Source of the DNA: Sarea resinae | Lineage: Eukaryota | Reading direction: 5' to 3' | Assembly (NCBI GenBank): GCA_026026165.1 | Contig: JAPEUD010000018.1 | Span: 124,001 to 188,000 of the forward strand | Length of the DNA: 64,000 nucleotides | Shown: one piece after another, positions 1 through 12,107 of the stretch | Position numbering within the stretch: the stretch's first letter is position 1 | Layout: every line of letters begins with the position of its first letter | Notes under the pieces: model-generated | Databases searched by the model: none | The model's input: the letters and a program-made list of their open reading frames with translations, nothing else | What the model was told of the DNA's origin: nothing | Translations under genes and position numbers: made by a program

Positions 1-1307
1 TTGGCCGTCAATCGTTCCTAGCCATTGTTAGATAATCACAGCCAGTATATCACGGGGGAAAATGGCACATACCTGATGATCGTATCTCAAAAGCTTGTCG
101 AGGAAGTCAATGGCATCATTGCTGACTAGTCTTTGGTTCTCCGCGTTCACAAACGAATGCCATGGTTTCTTGGGGAATCTCCCCAGGATATCATCGTACT
201 GTGCATCGAGCTCGATCTCATACTTGTCCAGATAGTCGAAAAGATCTTCCGTTCCGAGAACCTTGGCAATCTTCACCAGCTGGTCTGAATTGCTATTACC
301 GTGGAAAAAGGGCTCCTTTCGGAAGATCATTGATGCGAACATGGCCCCTAAAGACCACATGTCTAGAGAGTAGTCGTACTCTTGAAAGTCTACGAGAAGC
401 TCGGGACCTTTGAAGTATCTCGATGCTACTCGGACATTATACTCGGTGCCTTGGTGGTAGAACTCTGCCAAGCCCCAATCGATCAATCGCAACTACATCC
501 TAGTGAGCCAAGAATCGAGGAGTGATGAAGAGATCGAGATAGTTACCTTGCGCTTCTCGTGGTCTATCATGACGTTGTGTGGCTTGACATCTCGATGCAT
601 AATCCCTTTACTGTGGCAGAAATCAAGGGCCTTGTATAGTTGTTAGTCATCTGAGCGGTGCATCGAATAGCCATATACGCACCTTGAGCAATTCGTAGAT
701 GTAGAATCGCACGTCGAAGTCAACAAACTTCGGGTACAGACTTCGAAAGTCCGTGTTGTTGACAAATTCGAAAATCAAGGATGGGGTCTTGCTCTGCGGC
801 GAAGCCAAACAGTCAGTAAGCGTCTTCTATGGTGGATCATGCCAGGAGCTTTCCGTCCACATGCCGCTCCCTGATCATAGACCCAGTTGCGCCCACAACG
901 TACCGTACTGTCCCTCACGACATCCAGCAGCGCGACGATGTTGGGGCCTCCCGACAGGTTTTGCAGGATCTTGATCTCTCGCTTTATCTTCTTCTTCTTC
1001 ACGGGCTTGAGGACCTTGATGACGCATTTCTGATAGTGAACGACGTTGATGCCCTCGAAGACCTCGGAGTATTTGCCTCGACCTAGACGGTGCAGGTCCG
1101 GTCAGCGCAAAGCGGGGTGGTGAGTGGTCGAGGCACACGATATCAGATAGAAGGTGCCCCGCAGTTAGTGAGATGGGAAGGCCTCGGCGTACCAATCTTT
1201 CGGACGACCTCATAATTCTCCAGCACGCCCCACGAGATATTGACGCTGTCGTAGTCCCAGTAAGACCTCGGCATCTGCTGGTTGACATCGGCGTAGACGC
1301 GCGCCAT
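1..1307 (-). CDS. cka1: Casein kinase II catalytic (alpha) subunit; multi-exon, 3' end runs off the window start
   Basis: ATG at 1307 gives [27 protein letters not shown]. Later exons give [52 protein letters not shown]...[16 protein letters not shown] and ERLTAK at the window edge. GT-AG introns with branch sites. Confidence 0.97.
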
Positions 1308-1685
1308 GGTGCTGGCGGTCTAGGTGACGTGCAGAGTGCCGTTGAGGCTGATGAGATGCGGCGAGGCAGGCCACCCACCCAGTAGGATCGCAACAGGGAC
1401 GGCCTGGGTTGGATCTCGGGCGATGCGGTTCAAGACGCTCGTCCGCGCGATCGAATGGTGCGGATGAGGTCGAGTAGGAGGGCTATAGAGCGGGGACGGT
1501 GGGCGAGCAGGTAATGGCGAAGGCGAAGGCGAATGTAATGATGTTGTGCGCGTGTGCGACGCAAGATGTGTGCATTTCATTCCGCCGTCCATCGTGGCTG
1601 GGTCTCGCTTAGTAAGCCGGCAACCTCCCCTGCCGCTCGCGGGTCTTCAACTTCCTGCAGCAGACAGAGACAGACCTGGAAACTG

Positions 1686-1716
1686 ATATGATATCCTATG
1701 ATATCCTATGATATCC
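1686..1716. repeat. Short tandem repeat (CTATGATATC, ~3 copies) in the CK2/RPP1 divergent promoter
   Basis: atatgatatcctatgatatcctatgatatcc read directly. Confidence 0.7.
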
Positions 1717-1793
1717 AACCTCAAGAAAGGTCGAATCCATCAAGGGCGTAGCAGTGCTTTCAGACGGCTGGATTGCACTGGCCTGGCGAGGCA

Positions 1794-2868
1794 ATGTTCT
1801 ATGATCTCAACGTCCCATGGACGCCCACCTCCCCAGATCTGCAAGCAACAATCACTTTCCTAGCTGAACGCAAGTAGCATCTCCCCTTCACGCTCCCCGA
1901 ACTCACTGACCACTGCCAAACAGTGGGCTACAATGTCGTCGCACTCAATCATACCGTAGCAGGAAAGCTACCACCAGACCTGGTACGGACTGCTTCCCGC
2001 ATCCGCTCTCTGCACAGAAAGACATCCAGCTAACTCCCCCGCCCAGAAATGTCCTATACCCAACCCCGCGCCATTTCCAGTCCCGAGCTCTGTCCGACTC
2101 CTCCGGCGCTGCACGCTCATCCTATCGGACCCGTCGCAGAACTACCGTCTTTCTTCCCTGACCTCCACCTATGACCTCGTCGCGCTACGCCCAACGACGG
2201 AAAAATGCCTCCAGCAGGCCTGCCTGACCCTCGACTGCGACCTGATCTCCCTGGACCTGACCTCACGCCTGCCGTACCACTTCAAATTCAAAACCCTCTC
2301 CTCGGCGCTCCAGCGCGGGGTCCGATTCGAGATCTGCTACGCGCCCGCCATCCTGGCCGCAGATAGCACTGCGCGGCGCAATTTGATCAGTAATGCCACG
2401 CAGCTCGTCCGCGCCACGCGGGGTCGGGGCATAGTGGTCAGCAGCGAAGCAAGCCGATCCGTGGGCTGCCGCGCACCATTCGATGCGGTGAATCTTACCA
2501 CAGTGTGGGGTCTGGGGCAAGAAAGGGGCACGGAGGCTGTGGGGAAAGAAGCCAGAGCCGTGGTCGTGTCGGCGGAAATGAAGAGAAGAAGCTACAGAGG
2601 CGTGGTGGATGTCATATACGGAGGCGAGAAGCCCGAACCAGCGGAGAAGAGCTCGAAAGCGAAGGCCGACGCCTTGCAGCAGAAGCGGAAAGCCGAGGCA
2701 ATGGACAGTCCGGTCGGCGATAATACCAATGCCTCTACGGCGCCCATATCAAAGAGAGAACAAAAGCGCCAAGCAAAGAAAGCCAAACTGGAAGCGGCGA
2801 AGACTTCCAAAGGAGCTCCCAGCGGCGCTGAGCAGCCTTCCAACCCAGCAATCTCCACGAACGGATGA
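1794..2868 (+). CDS. rpp1: RNase P/MRP subunit p30 (Rpp1/Rpp30), 3 exons
   Basis: MFYDLNVPW...FLAELGYNVVALNH (across a GC-AG intron 1870-1923), then LLRRCTLILSD, YDLVALRPTTEK, DLISLDL..RLPYHFK, RGVRFEICYAP, ARRNLISNATQLVRATRGRGIVVSSEA. Stop at 2868. Confidence 0.93.
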
Positions 2869-4784
2869 GAATTCCATTCCAAGGATATTCCTCGTCAACC
2901 TTTCCCACTGGCCGCCCAACCATCACAGTGGCTAATTATACCCGCTCCAAGCCCTCAGCCGGCGAAGCAGAAGAAGAGCCAGAGAAGCAGAGAGCAGACC
3001 CGTTGCCTCAACAGCCGCGGAAAGCCTGGCAGCATACGCCGTGGTTTTGAGCTTTCCATCTACCAACCTATCTACCCACAAAGCCCGTCCGCACAGCACC
3101 ACGCACCCTACCACGTACGTATAAGCGCCATCCAACACCACGAGCGTCAGCTTCATCAAGCAGCCGGTAGTCCCATCTGTCTGCTTCTCTCAAAGCCTTT
3201 CGCTGCGCCACCCCCAAAACGGTCGCCCTCTCCTTTTCACTAGAAAAGCCTAGCAGACGAGAGAAGACACAAGGGATGACGACACTCCTAGACCTCCCAA
3301 CCAACAGGCCAAATGTCGAAATATCTAGCTGTCAGCTAAACCGAGTAGCATTAGCAGCTAGCAATGAACAAATTCCACATCTTCATCACCATCATCATGT
3401 CAGTTCAAACCCGATTGGCATTCCACCACTTACATACACATACACATACACATACACACATACAAGCACAAAAAGGACCCAAACCCCCCTTATCCGTAGT
3501 CATATCAACCGCTTTGAAACCTCCCTATATACCACCAAAAGAACGCCGACCTCACCCACCTCACCCACCTTACCCGCTCCATACCACATAACATAACATA
3601 ATTTAACATAACACGCATGATACACTCCCCTCCACCCCCCTCATCCCTCTCTCCCTCCCCTCAATCCATACGCTTCACTACTTTACATCACTAACGCGCC
3701 ATCCCACATCTACCCATTCTCACTAATCCATGCATACCTCGCATATGCAGCAACACCCTCCCCCCAAAACTCGCACGAGCAAGGATGGCCATCACGTAAA
3801 ACGCCTTGCTCCATGATGTGTTTTCAATGATCTTGCTCCAATCCGTGAGGTGTTTTGAACGAGCTTGAACCGGTACCTGAGGTCATCGATTCGATTTCCA
3901 TGGTGTTGTAGTCTTCATGTTGATGCGTGTAGCAAGAGGGATCGAAATTGGCCACAGTCCATAGGCCACAATGCGAAAAAAAAAATATATACTCTTGTAG
4001 AGGAGAAAAAGAAAAGCATGGTAAAAACAGTAGCATACCAGACCAGACCATACCCCAATATCACTTTCCAATTCCCCTGATACCCCGATACCCCGATTAT
4101 CCGATTGCGCCATTTCCTAACCACAGACACTACCACCAAGGGCATGCATATTCCAGAACTACAATAGCGAGAATGATTGAAAAGGGCGCCCGTCATCGTC
4201 GTCGTCAAGCTGGCTTGTCATGTCATAGGGGATGTGTCTGATCTGATAACGACGATCGACTATTCTTTTCTCCTCTACTTTAGTCTCCTCTGGTTTACTT
4301 TGCTTCACTTTGTTTTTCTTTCTTTTCACGTTGATAGATGGATAGATTGATGGATACAGTAGAGGATACTATACGATTGAGTCGAGTCGCCCAGCACGCA
4401 ACCTTCCAACGACTTCCACGATTTGACTGAGGTGAAGCAGACGTTTGAGACAGACAAGTAGGTAGAAGACTTAAAGACCGCCCCTCTCCACCTCTTCTCC
4501 TCTCTCCCCTCCCCTGGCCCCTAAGAACAGGACGTGAAACAAATCTCAAGCTCGTTCCATCATTTTTGAAGCCCAACAAAATCGCGCACGACTGAAGAAC
4601 TCGCTCGCGCCGAGAAGTTCCAAAAAAAGACAAGGTGGAGGTGGGGGTGATATAGTCAGTACTGGAACAATCGCTCTCAGGCTCTCCGCATTTCTTTTCA
4701 TGCAACCATACTGTGTTTTGATGTTGTGATACAGTGCCTTTTTTATATATTTTATGTATATGGAGAAAGCTTATATTGTGCTGT

Positions 4785-7026
4785 CTAGATGTCCAAGCTT
4801 GGCGTCTGGCCCTTGACGCGACCAATGACGATGCCAGCCGCGTATTTGGGGATGACTTCGTCGTCGTGGAGCATTTCGAATTCTGCATGCAGAAAAGGCA
4901 CGTTAGTAAACTATGGTTTGTTGTGGATATGGGAGGATAGGGTTGAAGACGAAAGGAAGTGTAAGAGAAAAACAAAGGCAAGAGGGGAGAAAACATACCC
5001 TCAGTTGCATCCTCACCCATATGCGTAAACAAGGCCTGCGGCCCGCCGGGATGCTCGTCAACCCAGTTCGTGACGTCCATGACAACTCCCTTGACCACGA
5101 TCCACAGATCCTCTTTCTTGTTATGCTTCTTCACCTCTTCCATCGAGAACTCCTGCTCGGGCACCTTGAATTCTTTCGGAGAGGTCGGCTTCGACACTTT
5201 ACCTGGATCGTTGCTGTCGGCCGCTTGGCCCTTCATGACTGGGCCGGCCGACTGCTGCGACTGTTGGCTCTGTTTGCTCTCGCCGCCAGATGCATCCGAG
5301 GCGGCGCCATTACCCCATTCGACAGAGATCTTGCCTGGCTGCGACGGGTCGATATGCAAGGATATTTGGCCGAGGCGCTGCGTGGCGGATGAGACGCCAC
5401 CATTGAGGACCTCTTGGAAGTGGTATTGAGATGCGGATTCGCCAGCAACGCGACCGTAGACGACACATCCGAGGAGGGACGAGCCACCTAATCTGTTGGC
5501 GCCGTGGACACCGCCAGCGAGCTCACCGCAGGCGTAGAGGGCCTCGAAGGGCTTGCCTTCTGAGTTGAGGACTTGGGCCTTGTCATTGATCTCGATGCCG
5601 CCCATGGTAAAGTGAAGAACGGGCTCCATGACAGCGACGTGGAAGTCATCGTCAATATCGATAGGCCCATTGTGGAAAAATTTCTTGCCATAGGGGTCTT
5701 TCTTCTTCCCATCAGCGATCTGATTGTAGGCTTTGAATGTTGACTGAAGCTTCTCTTCGCTGCAGCCGATATCCTTGGCAAGCTGCTTGCCAGTCATCTT
5801 CTTCATTAGGCCACGGCCTGAGTAGTGTCGGGTGTGGAAGTCGAGGACATTGGAGGCTTTTGAGTTAAGAACTAAGCGGATCGGCCACTTCTTCTGTTCC
5901 TTTTGCTTCCACATCTCTCCCGAAACGTAGTCTCGATGACCCAGCTCGTCAGCGAAACGCTCACCGTCCGAGTTGAGCAATAGGCCGCCTTCACCACGGA
6001 GTGCTACCGAAAAGTCAGCAGTGGCCTGGTTAGAACAGAATCTAACGTACCTTCAGCAGCCAAAAACTTCCACTTCGAGCCCGGGTCTTTGGGGTCCACC
6101 AAGCCGGTAGGATGAACCTGTACCTTGTCCAGATCGATGCCATTGCCACCGATTTCCATCAGCATCTTGAGGCCATCTCCAGTTGCATGTGCTCCATTAG
6201 TGGAAGCGAGTCCATATGTATCTGGTCGATGCTTCTTCAAGAGTGATGTCTCTGAGAAATCGGCAGCATAACCACCGGTAGCCAAGATAACGGGACCCTC
6301 GACAACCGTGGGCTCCCCGTTGAACTCATAGGTAACACCTGTTGCTTTGTTTCCCTCTTTGTTGATGGCCGTGACCTTGGCTTTCTTGATGATCTGGACG
6401 CGCTCTGGTTCCGCTTCGGCAAGCTCCTCAAGACGTTGCATTAAAGCATAGGTAATGGCCATTCCAGGGAACTTAGCATCATGGCCACGATGCGTTCGGG
6501 GTTGGGAGTGGCCACTTTAAGAGATCAGTGATCGTCGTCTGTAGAATGGGGACGGATATAGACAAACCCTAGCCGAGATACCAGCGTCAAATCGAGGTTG
6601 AAAACATCCTGCAGCCACTCTACGGCGGCAGCAGACTTGTACGTCAAGACTTTGATCAAGTCTGGCCGAGCCTTGTCCCGTGCCGACTTGAGAGTGTCAT
6701 CGTAGAATTGCTTCACGCTATCCGCAATGTTCTGATCGACTTGGGTCCGGGTGAGGGCACCGTTGATCCCAGAGGTAGCTTTGGTTGAATTCCCGCCGAA
6801 AAAGTCTGGAAGAATTAGCATCAGACAGTAAACCGCCCGCGTAGAAGGGGATGCCTACTATTCTTGTCAAGGACGACGACGTTCGCACCAGAAAGGTAGA
6901 GAGTATGGGCAGCACTCAGACCAGACACTGTTCGTCCACACCGTCAGCTCCTTTACACTCAAGCTTATTTTCTGCATTTCCGAGATACTCACATCCGCCT
7001 CCCACAACAATGACCCTTGGTGGCAT
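4785..7026 (-). CDS. osm1: Soluble fumarate reductase (Osm1/Frd1, FAD-binding) with a C-terminal cytochrome b5-like domain
   Basis: MPPRVIVVGGGLSGLSAA FAD motif; GGNSTKATSGIN; VQVHPTG; HFTMGG; GVHGANRLGGSSL. C-terminal b5 motifs EEVKKHN...WIVVKGVVMDVTNWVDEHPGG...GEDATEEFEMLH. Last exon ends ...QTPSLDI-TAG at 4785. Confidence 0.93.
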
Positions 7027-9033
7027 AATGATGGCTCGTTGCAACGAGATCCAGATGTCTCAGCACAGGAGAGTGTTCTGACGTAAGAAGCTGTCTCGGT
7101 AAGAAGCTGTCTCTGAGGTGAGATGGTATGGGGCAGAGAAGAGGAGAGGATGAAGAGGATGGATTTCGAGATTGTGAGATGCCTTGACTGAAGTAGAAGG
7201 AGGAGTCAGGCAGGCAAGTGAATAGTCAGGACCTACGAAATTCAATGCCGCCACTGGGGAACTTTGAGCACTGCACTACCTACTCTCTATCATCATCACG
7301 ATACACGACTAGTCGGTACTCATGACTGCTACGACTGTTGGCTATGAGAGCAAGTACCGGTACCACATCTACGAGTCTGGAGCCAATGCCGAGGGCTGCA
7401 AGTAAGCGGGGAGGAAAAGATGCCGAGGGACAACTGCTCCTCGCTTGTCGATCCCCGGAACAGACGGATTATCGCTTGAGAAAGCAATTACGAATGGGTT
7501 CGAGGGGGCCCCTCAGGCAATCATAATGTGGAGAAGCCGTCTATGTAATGACTCTATCAACCCACGATCGAATCGTCTTCCATCTACCGAGGTCTACTCT
7601 CGTTCGTCTGCACTCTAGGTAGTATTGCTCTCTCTCTCTCTTTATTGCGGCTACCACTACGTACTCGGCCCGTTGGAATGGCCGGCTATCTCCGTAATCT
7701 CCCTACAGATGGTGGATGGACAGGTAGCATTGGATTCCAATTGAACATCCATTCATGGACAAGGTAGCACGGGGCGGAATAAACATTGTGCGGAAACTGC
7801 CTCCTGACAGCCCATCGATCACACATCAGATCTCCTCCCGAGTCTGGGGAAATCTGGTGGAGGTACAGGTACGGGCTTCATACTTGCATGTGAACCGACT
7901 CCGGCGCACTTTCTTCGTATTCCATGTCGACGGAAGAGTAGAGATGAATGCAAGTGAAAAGGTCATGCGCGACAGAATATGGAGGTATTGTAACTAGAAG
8001 TAGGCGGGCAGAGGACACACGAGTATGGGAATTTCATTAGTCCTCTCCAGGCATGTGAAGAGGCGCTTGACCCCACACAGCCTTCCCCAGATCATCAACC
8101 CCCCTCGGAGCGGTCAGATGATAGCCGCCTCCGCCACTCAGATTGCTATCATTACCATTTCCGCTCAGCTCGACTCCAGCGAATTCCTGATGAGTGCAAA
8201 GAGTACATCCATCAGGAATCGTTCAATGCACCCATCTATATCGATCGATCAAAAAGATCTACACGAGATGCCTCATGCAGGACACGTGATCAGTGTCTCC
8301 CTGCTGAGCTACTAAGGTATGTAGAGGAATCGATACCCTCCGTCGATGCAGCTCGGTGGGTGGGGCTCTGTACTATGAGTAGCTCCCCGAGAACTTTTAT
8401 CTTCATGTCCTTTTTCTCATCCCATGATAAAGTCACGTGATATGTTATCTAATCTGATCATCAACCCGCTACCCACACGCAAAGACCCTTGGCCCGCTGC
8501 AGTTGGCGAGCGACCGAGTGACTGAGAGACTGAGAGAACGGGCCCCTGCAGATCACGCCCACCATCGGCGGTGGGTATCCGTGTGACCAACGCCCGCGAG
8601 TAAGGTCGTATGAGTAGAGTACGTCGGTTCTTACCTACCTACCTATTATCAGAATTGTTTTATCGTCGATAACAATGGAGGGTGAGGTGCTCTGGATCCA
8701 CGGATCCATGAGGGTTGATCGCTCTCGTGATGCCAGCCATCCATGGTCGTTGGGGTTGATGCGAGTTTACCCAGATTAGACTGAAAGCTAGTAGTCTCCT
8801 TTAGTCCAGGTCCACGGGGATCCTCTATTCGCCTACAGCCATCCGATCGACCAGGAGTGAAGGGGTGTGCGTCGCTGAAAATATCCATACGCGTCCTCCG
8901 ACAACCACCTTACGATGATAATCTGACGACCTTGACGCCTTTATGCTGTCCCTGATTGACGAATCCTCTCCGCGTATTCTATTGCGACTTGACTTCTGAT
9001 GACATCTGAGCATTCGAGATCAGACAAGTGAAG

Positions 9034-10697
9034 ATGGGCAAGAGTAAGAGATCCTCGCCTACACCGCCTACCCCCGCGACGGGCGAACGAGCCACGGCGG
9101 CCCGAAAGAGAAGGACGTTGGGAACTGACGGAGCCCTTGCAGACAAGGCCGCCCATGAGTGCGTGTCGGAAGAGGCCCTCGCGCACCTGAAGACCTACAA
9201 ATACTCGAGTGTCGACAAATCCTTTCTGTCGAACTATGTCTTAAAGCACTATGTACTTGGACCCCTTGCACCAGTTACCTCGCGATGAAAAACCTGACCT
9301 GGTGGGATAGTGGAACGGCTTCGTTGAACTTCTGCCTCTATGGCTGGCCCCAAACATGGTGACCCTCCTGGGGTTCTGCTGTATACTGGCGAATGTAGCA
9401 TGTCTGGCGATATTCATGCCCGATCTGGTCGGACCGGTACGCTCTCCATCTACCTTTGACCTCCCGTGAGCGATTACTGAGAGATCCATCATGATTCGTA
9501 GGGCCCTTCCTGGCTGTATTATAGCTTCGCTCTTGGACTATGGATGTGAGGCTCCCTTATAGGACCAATAGGACTCTACCCGTTGCGTAAGCATTGAGAT
9601 TAATACGCGCCTTTGGAACAGGTATCAGACGATGGACAATGTCGATGGAAAGCAAGCCAGGCGTACCGGCACGTCGAGCGGTCTGGGAGAGCTGTTTGAG
9701 TACGTCAAAACGGAGTCAACTCTATCGCAGACACTAATTATACCAGCCATGGGATTGATTCCCTCAATTGCACCCTCGCAAGCTTGTGTGAAGGTTCCGC
9801 TATGGGGCTTGGCGTGAGTAAGGCTGGTGTCTTCACTGCCTTAGTGCCTTGCATCCCCATGTTTTTCTCAACATGGGAGACCTATCATACTCATACCTTG
9901 TTTTTGGGCTACTTTAATGGACCAACCGGTGCGTTTGGAAATAGCTATGACAGTTGTCCTGACTTCTAACGAATTCAGAGGGTCTCATTCTCGCTAGCGC
10001 CATCATGGCCGCGTCTGGCTTCTGGGGGCCTCAAATGTGGTCGTCTCCCCTCAGCAGTCTTTTTGGTCACCCGGAGATATTTGGTTCTCACTGCTTCAAC
10101 GACTTCTGGGTTCCGTTGTTGGTGGTCTTGATGTGCATCTGCCACCTCCCACCTTGCGTATACAATGTTGTCGAAGCCCGTCGAAAGAATAATCTTCCTA
10201 TCGCACCAGTCTTCCTGGAATGGTTCCCCATGGCTGTCTATACTTTCTCCATCGGACTCTGGCTATATTCGCCGTATACGACGCTCTTGCGTGAGAATAG
10301 GTTGATTCTATTCTGCCTGACGATGTCGCTCGTTTTTGGCCGAATGACGACGAAAATCATCCTCGCTCACTTGACCAGGCAGCCATTTCCATACTGGACC
10401 GTCATGCTTGTACCACTAATCGGAGGTGCCGTCCTTAGCAATCTTCCACGATTCGGTCTGCCTGCAGTCAGTGCATCGGTCGAAGTGTGGTATCTGCGAG
10501 CCTACTTTGTTTTCGCGTTGATAATCTACTTTCGCTGGGCCATTCTGGTCATCGGCAGCATCTGCGACTACCTGGGCATCAACTGCCTGACCATTGGCGA
10601 CAAAACCGCACCTGGCCAATTTCGGGAATCCGACAGGCTTCCCGAGTGGAAACCAAGCGTCGAGAGACTGGGTGCGGATGGCCAGAAAGCGGACTGA
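9034..10697 (+). CDS. CDP-alcohol phosphatidyltransferase (choline/ethanolamine-phosphotransferase, Ept1/Cpt1 family), multi-exon
   Basis: [23 protein letters not shown], signature [48 protein letters not shown]; hydrophobic C-terminal exon 10005-10697. Confidence 0.93.
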
Positions 10698-12107
10698 TTG
10701 ATACGCCGTCTCAAACTTCCGATGCCTTCTTGAACATGCATTCGGATGGCCTTGAATGAGCGAGCACGCTTTGCAGGTCTTTCTGCTCAGAAAAAGGCAT
10801 ACCACATTGGGTAGAGCACGTTGCAGAAGTGCATGCTCAGACATGAAAGCTCCGCAGAACTCATTACTACACGTATAGAACGACAGATAGAGGCAAATAG
10901 ACACACGGCGAGCATTGGAAAAGGCGTTGTTTGGTTTTCTCTTCCCAAATTGGTTCTTCTAGCATTAGGCATTAGTCCTGCACCTACAGATTTTATTTTA
11001 ATCTTGCGCATGGCTCTCGAGCGTGTCACTCCTCTACTCTACAGTACAATACTACCATTCCTGAAGACTCAAAACCGAGATGAATAGAGTCGTACACGTA
11101 CACTTCTTTTTCATCTGTGCCCTTGATTCTTCACCTGCTTCGGTGATGCGCGTCTTTGGTAGCACCTACCGTCTTTTCTGTCCGACCAGTACTCCGAAGA
11201 CTCATCTGAAGAATATACCTTTCCATCTTTGAGATGGTCAAAGCGTCGTGCAGCAGTTGTTGGCCCGTTCTGGACTTTGACTCTCAGCCAAACGGGTGAC
11301 CTTCTTGCTCTCTTTAGCCAACGCGCCGAAAATCATCTCCTCGTTGCGTTAGCGGAAAGGGGTACCGATGCATGCGAGAACGGAAGTCATCCAAGGATAC
11401 TAAACGGCAAGGACTGCTCCTGTACACACAATCAGAGATACATACATAGTAGTAGAAAATTTCCAAACTTATCAGAGAGAACGTGGGCGAGCGAATATCT
11501 TCTACTGATTGAGCGTGGATCGTAAAGACTCGAGAAAGGCGCGAGAGCAAGAGGTCAAATCTCAAATGCGCCAGTCCAGTGATCCATGGACCATGACGGT
11601 CAGCCATGTGCCGTTTTGGCATCTATGGCGTCTCGCTATGATGCATTTGGGGCAACGCCGAAGAGAAGACCGGCTCACTTCGGAAAGTGGGTCTGGCTAT
11701 CCAGCTACTTTCAGTGATGATCGTCTTCGCCTCGACGCTTGAAATGCTTGAGCGCTATGTTAGGGTGATGCTCAGTCCATGTCGATCTATCCAGCGTCAT
11801 AGTCCAGGCAGGCTCATCTCCCACTGGCGACCACAATCTTTAAGAGGAGCCCACCCTCATGGCTCGATCACGACTCCATCAATGCTAATGAGCGCCCTCA
11901 GACGGAAAAGAGGAATGCTGAAATTTGCATTTCTTGTCATCGCAGTGATACGAAAACTAATATACAGATGCTATAGACACGAAGCGGCAACTTTTAAATC
12001 AGAAATAAGCAATCCCTCATTAAACCCAAGCCAAACGACCAGCTACAAACAGTCCAACATCAAAGACGTGCAGTGAGCATGACAGTTACTTATTTCGGCG
12101 CCATGCC

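Noticed and set aside
4241..4249. ATCTGATAA, an SreA-type iron GATA site, plus GATA motifs near 8424-8460
   Set aside because: The perfect site is downstream of osm1 with no supportable target gene; the others are imperfect single motifs.
4295..4784. C-terminal extension of the 561-aa ORF beyond the b5 domain
   Set aside because: Artefact of reading through the last intron; the spliced frame stops at 4785.
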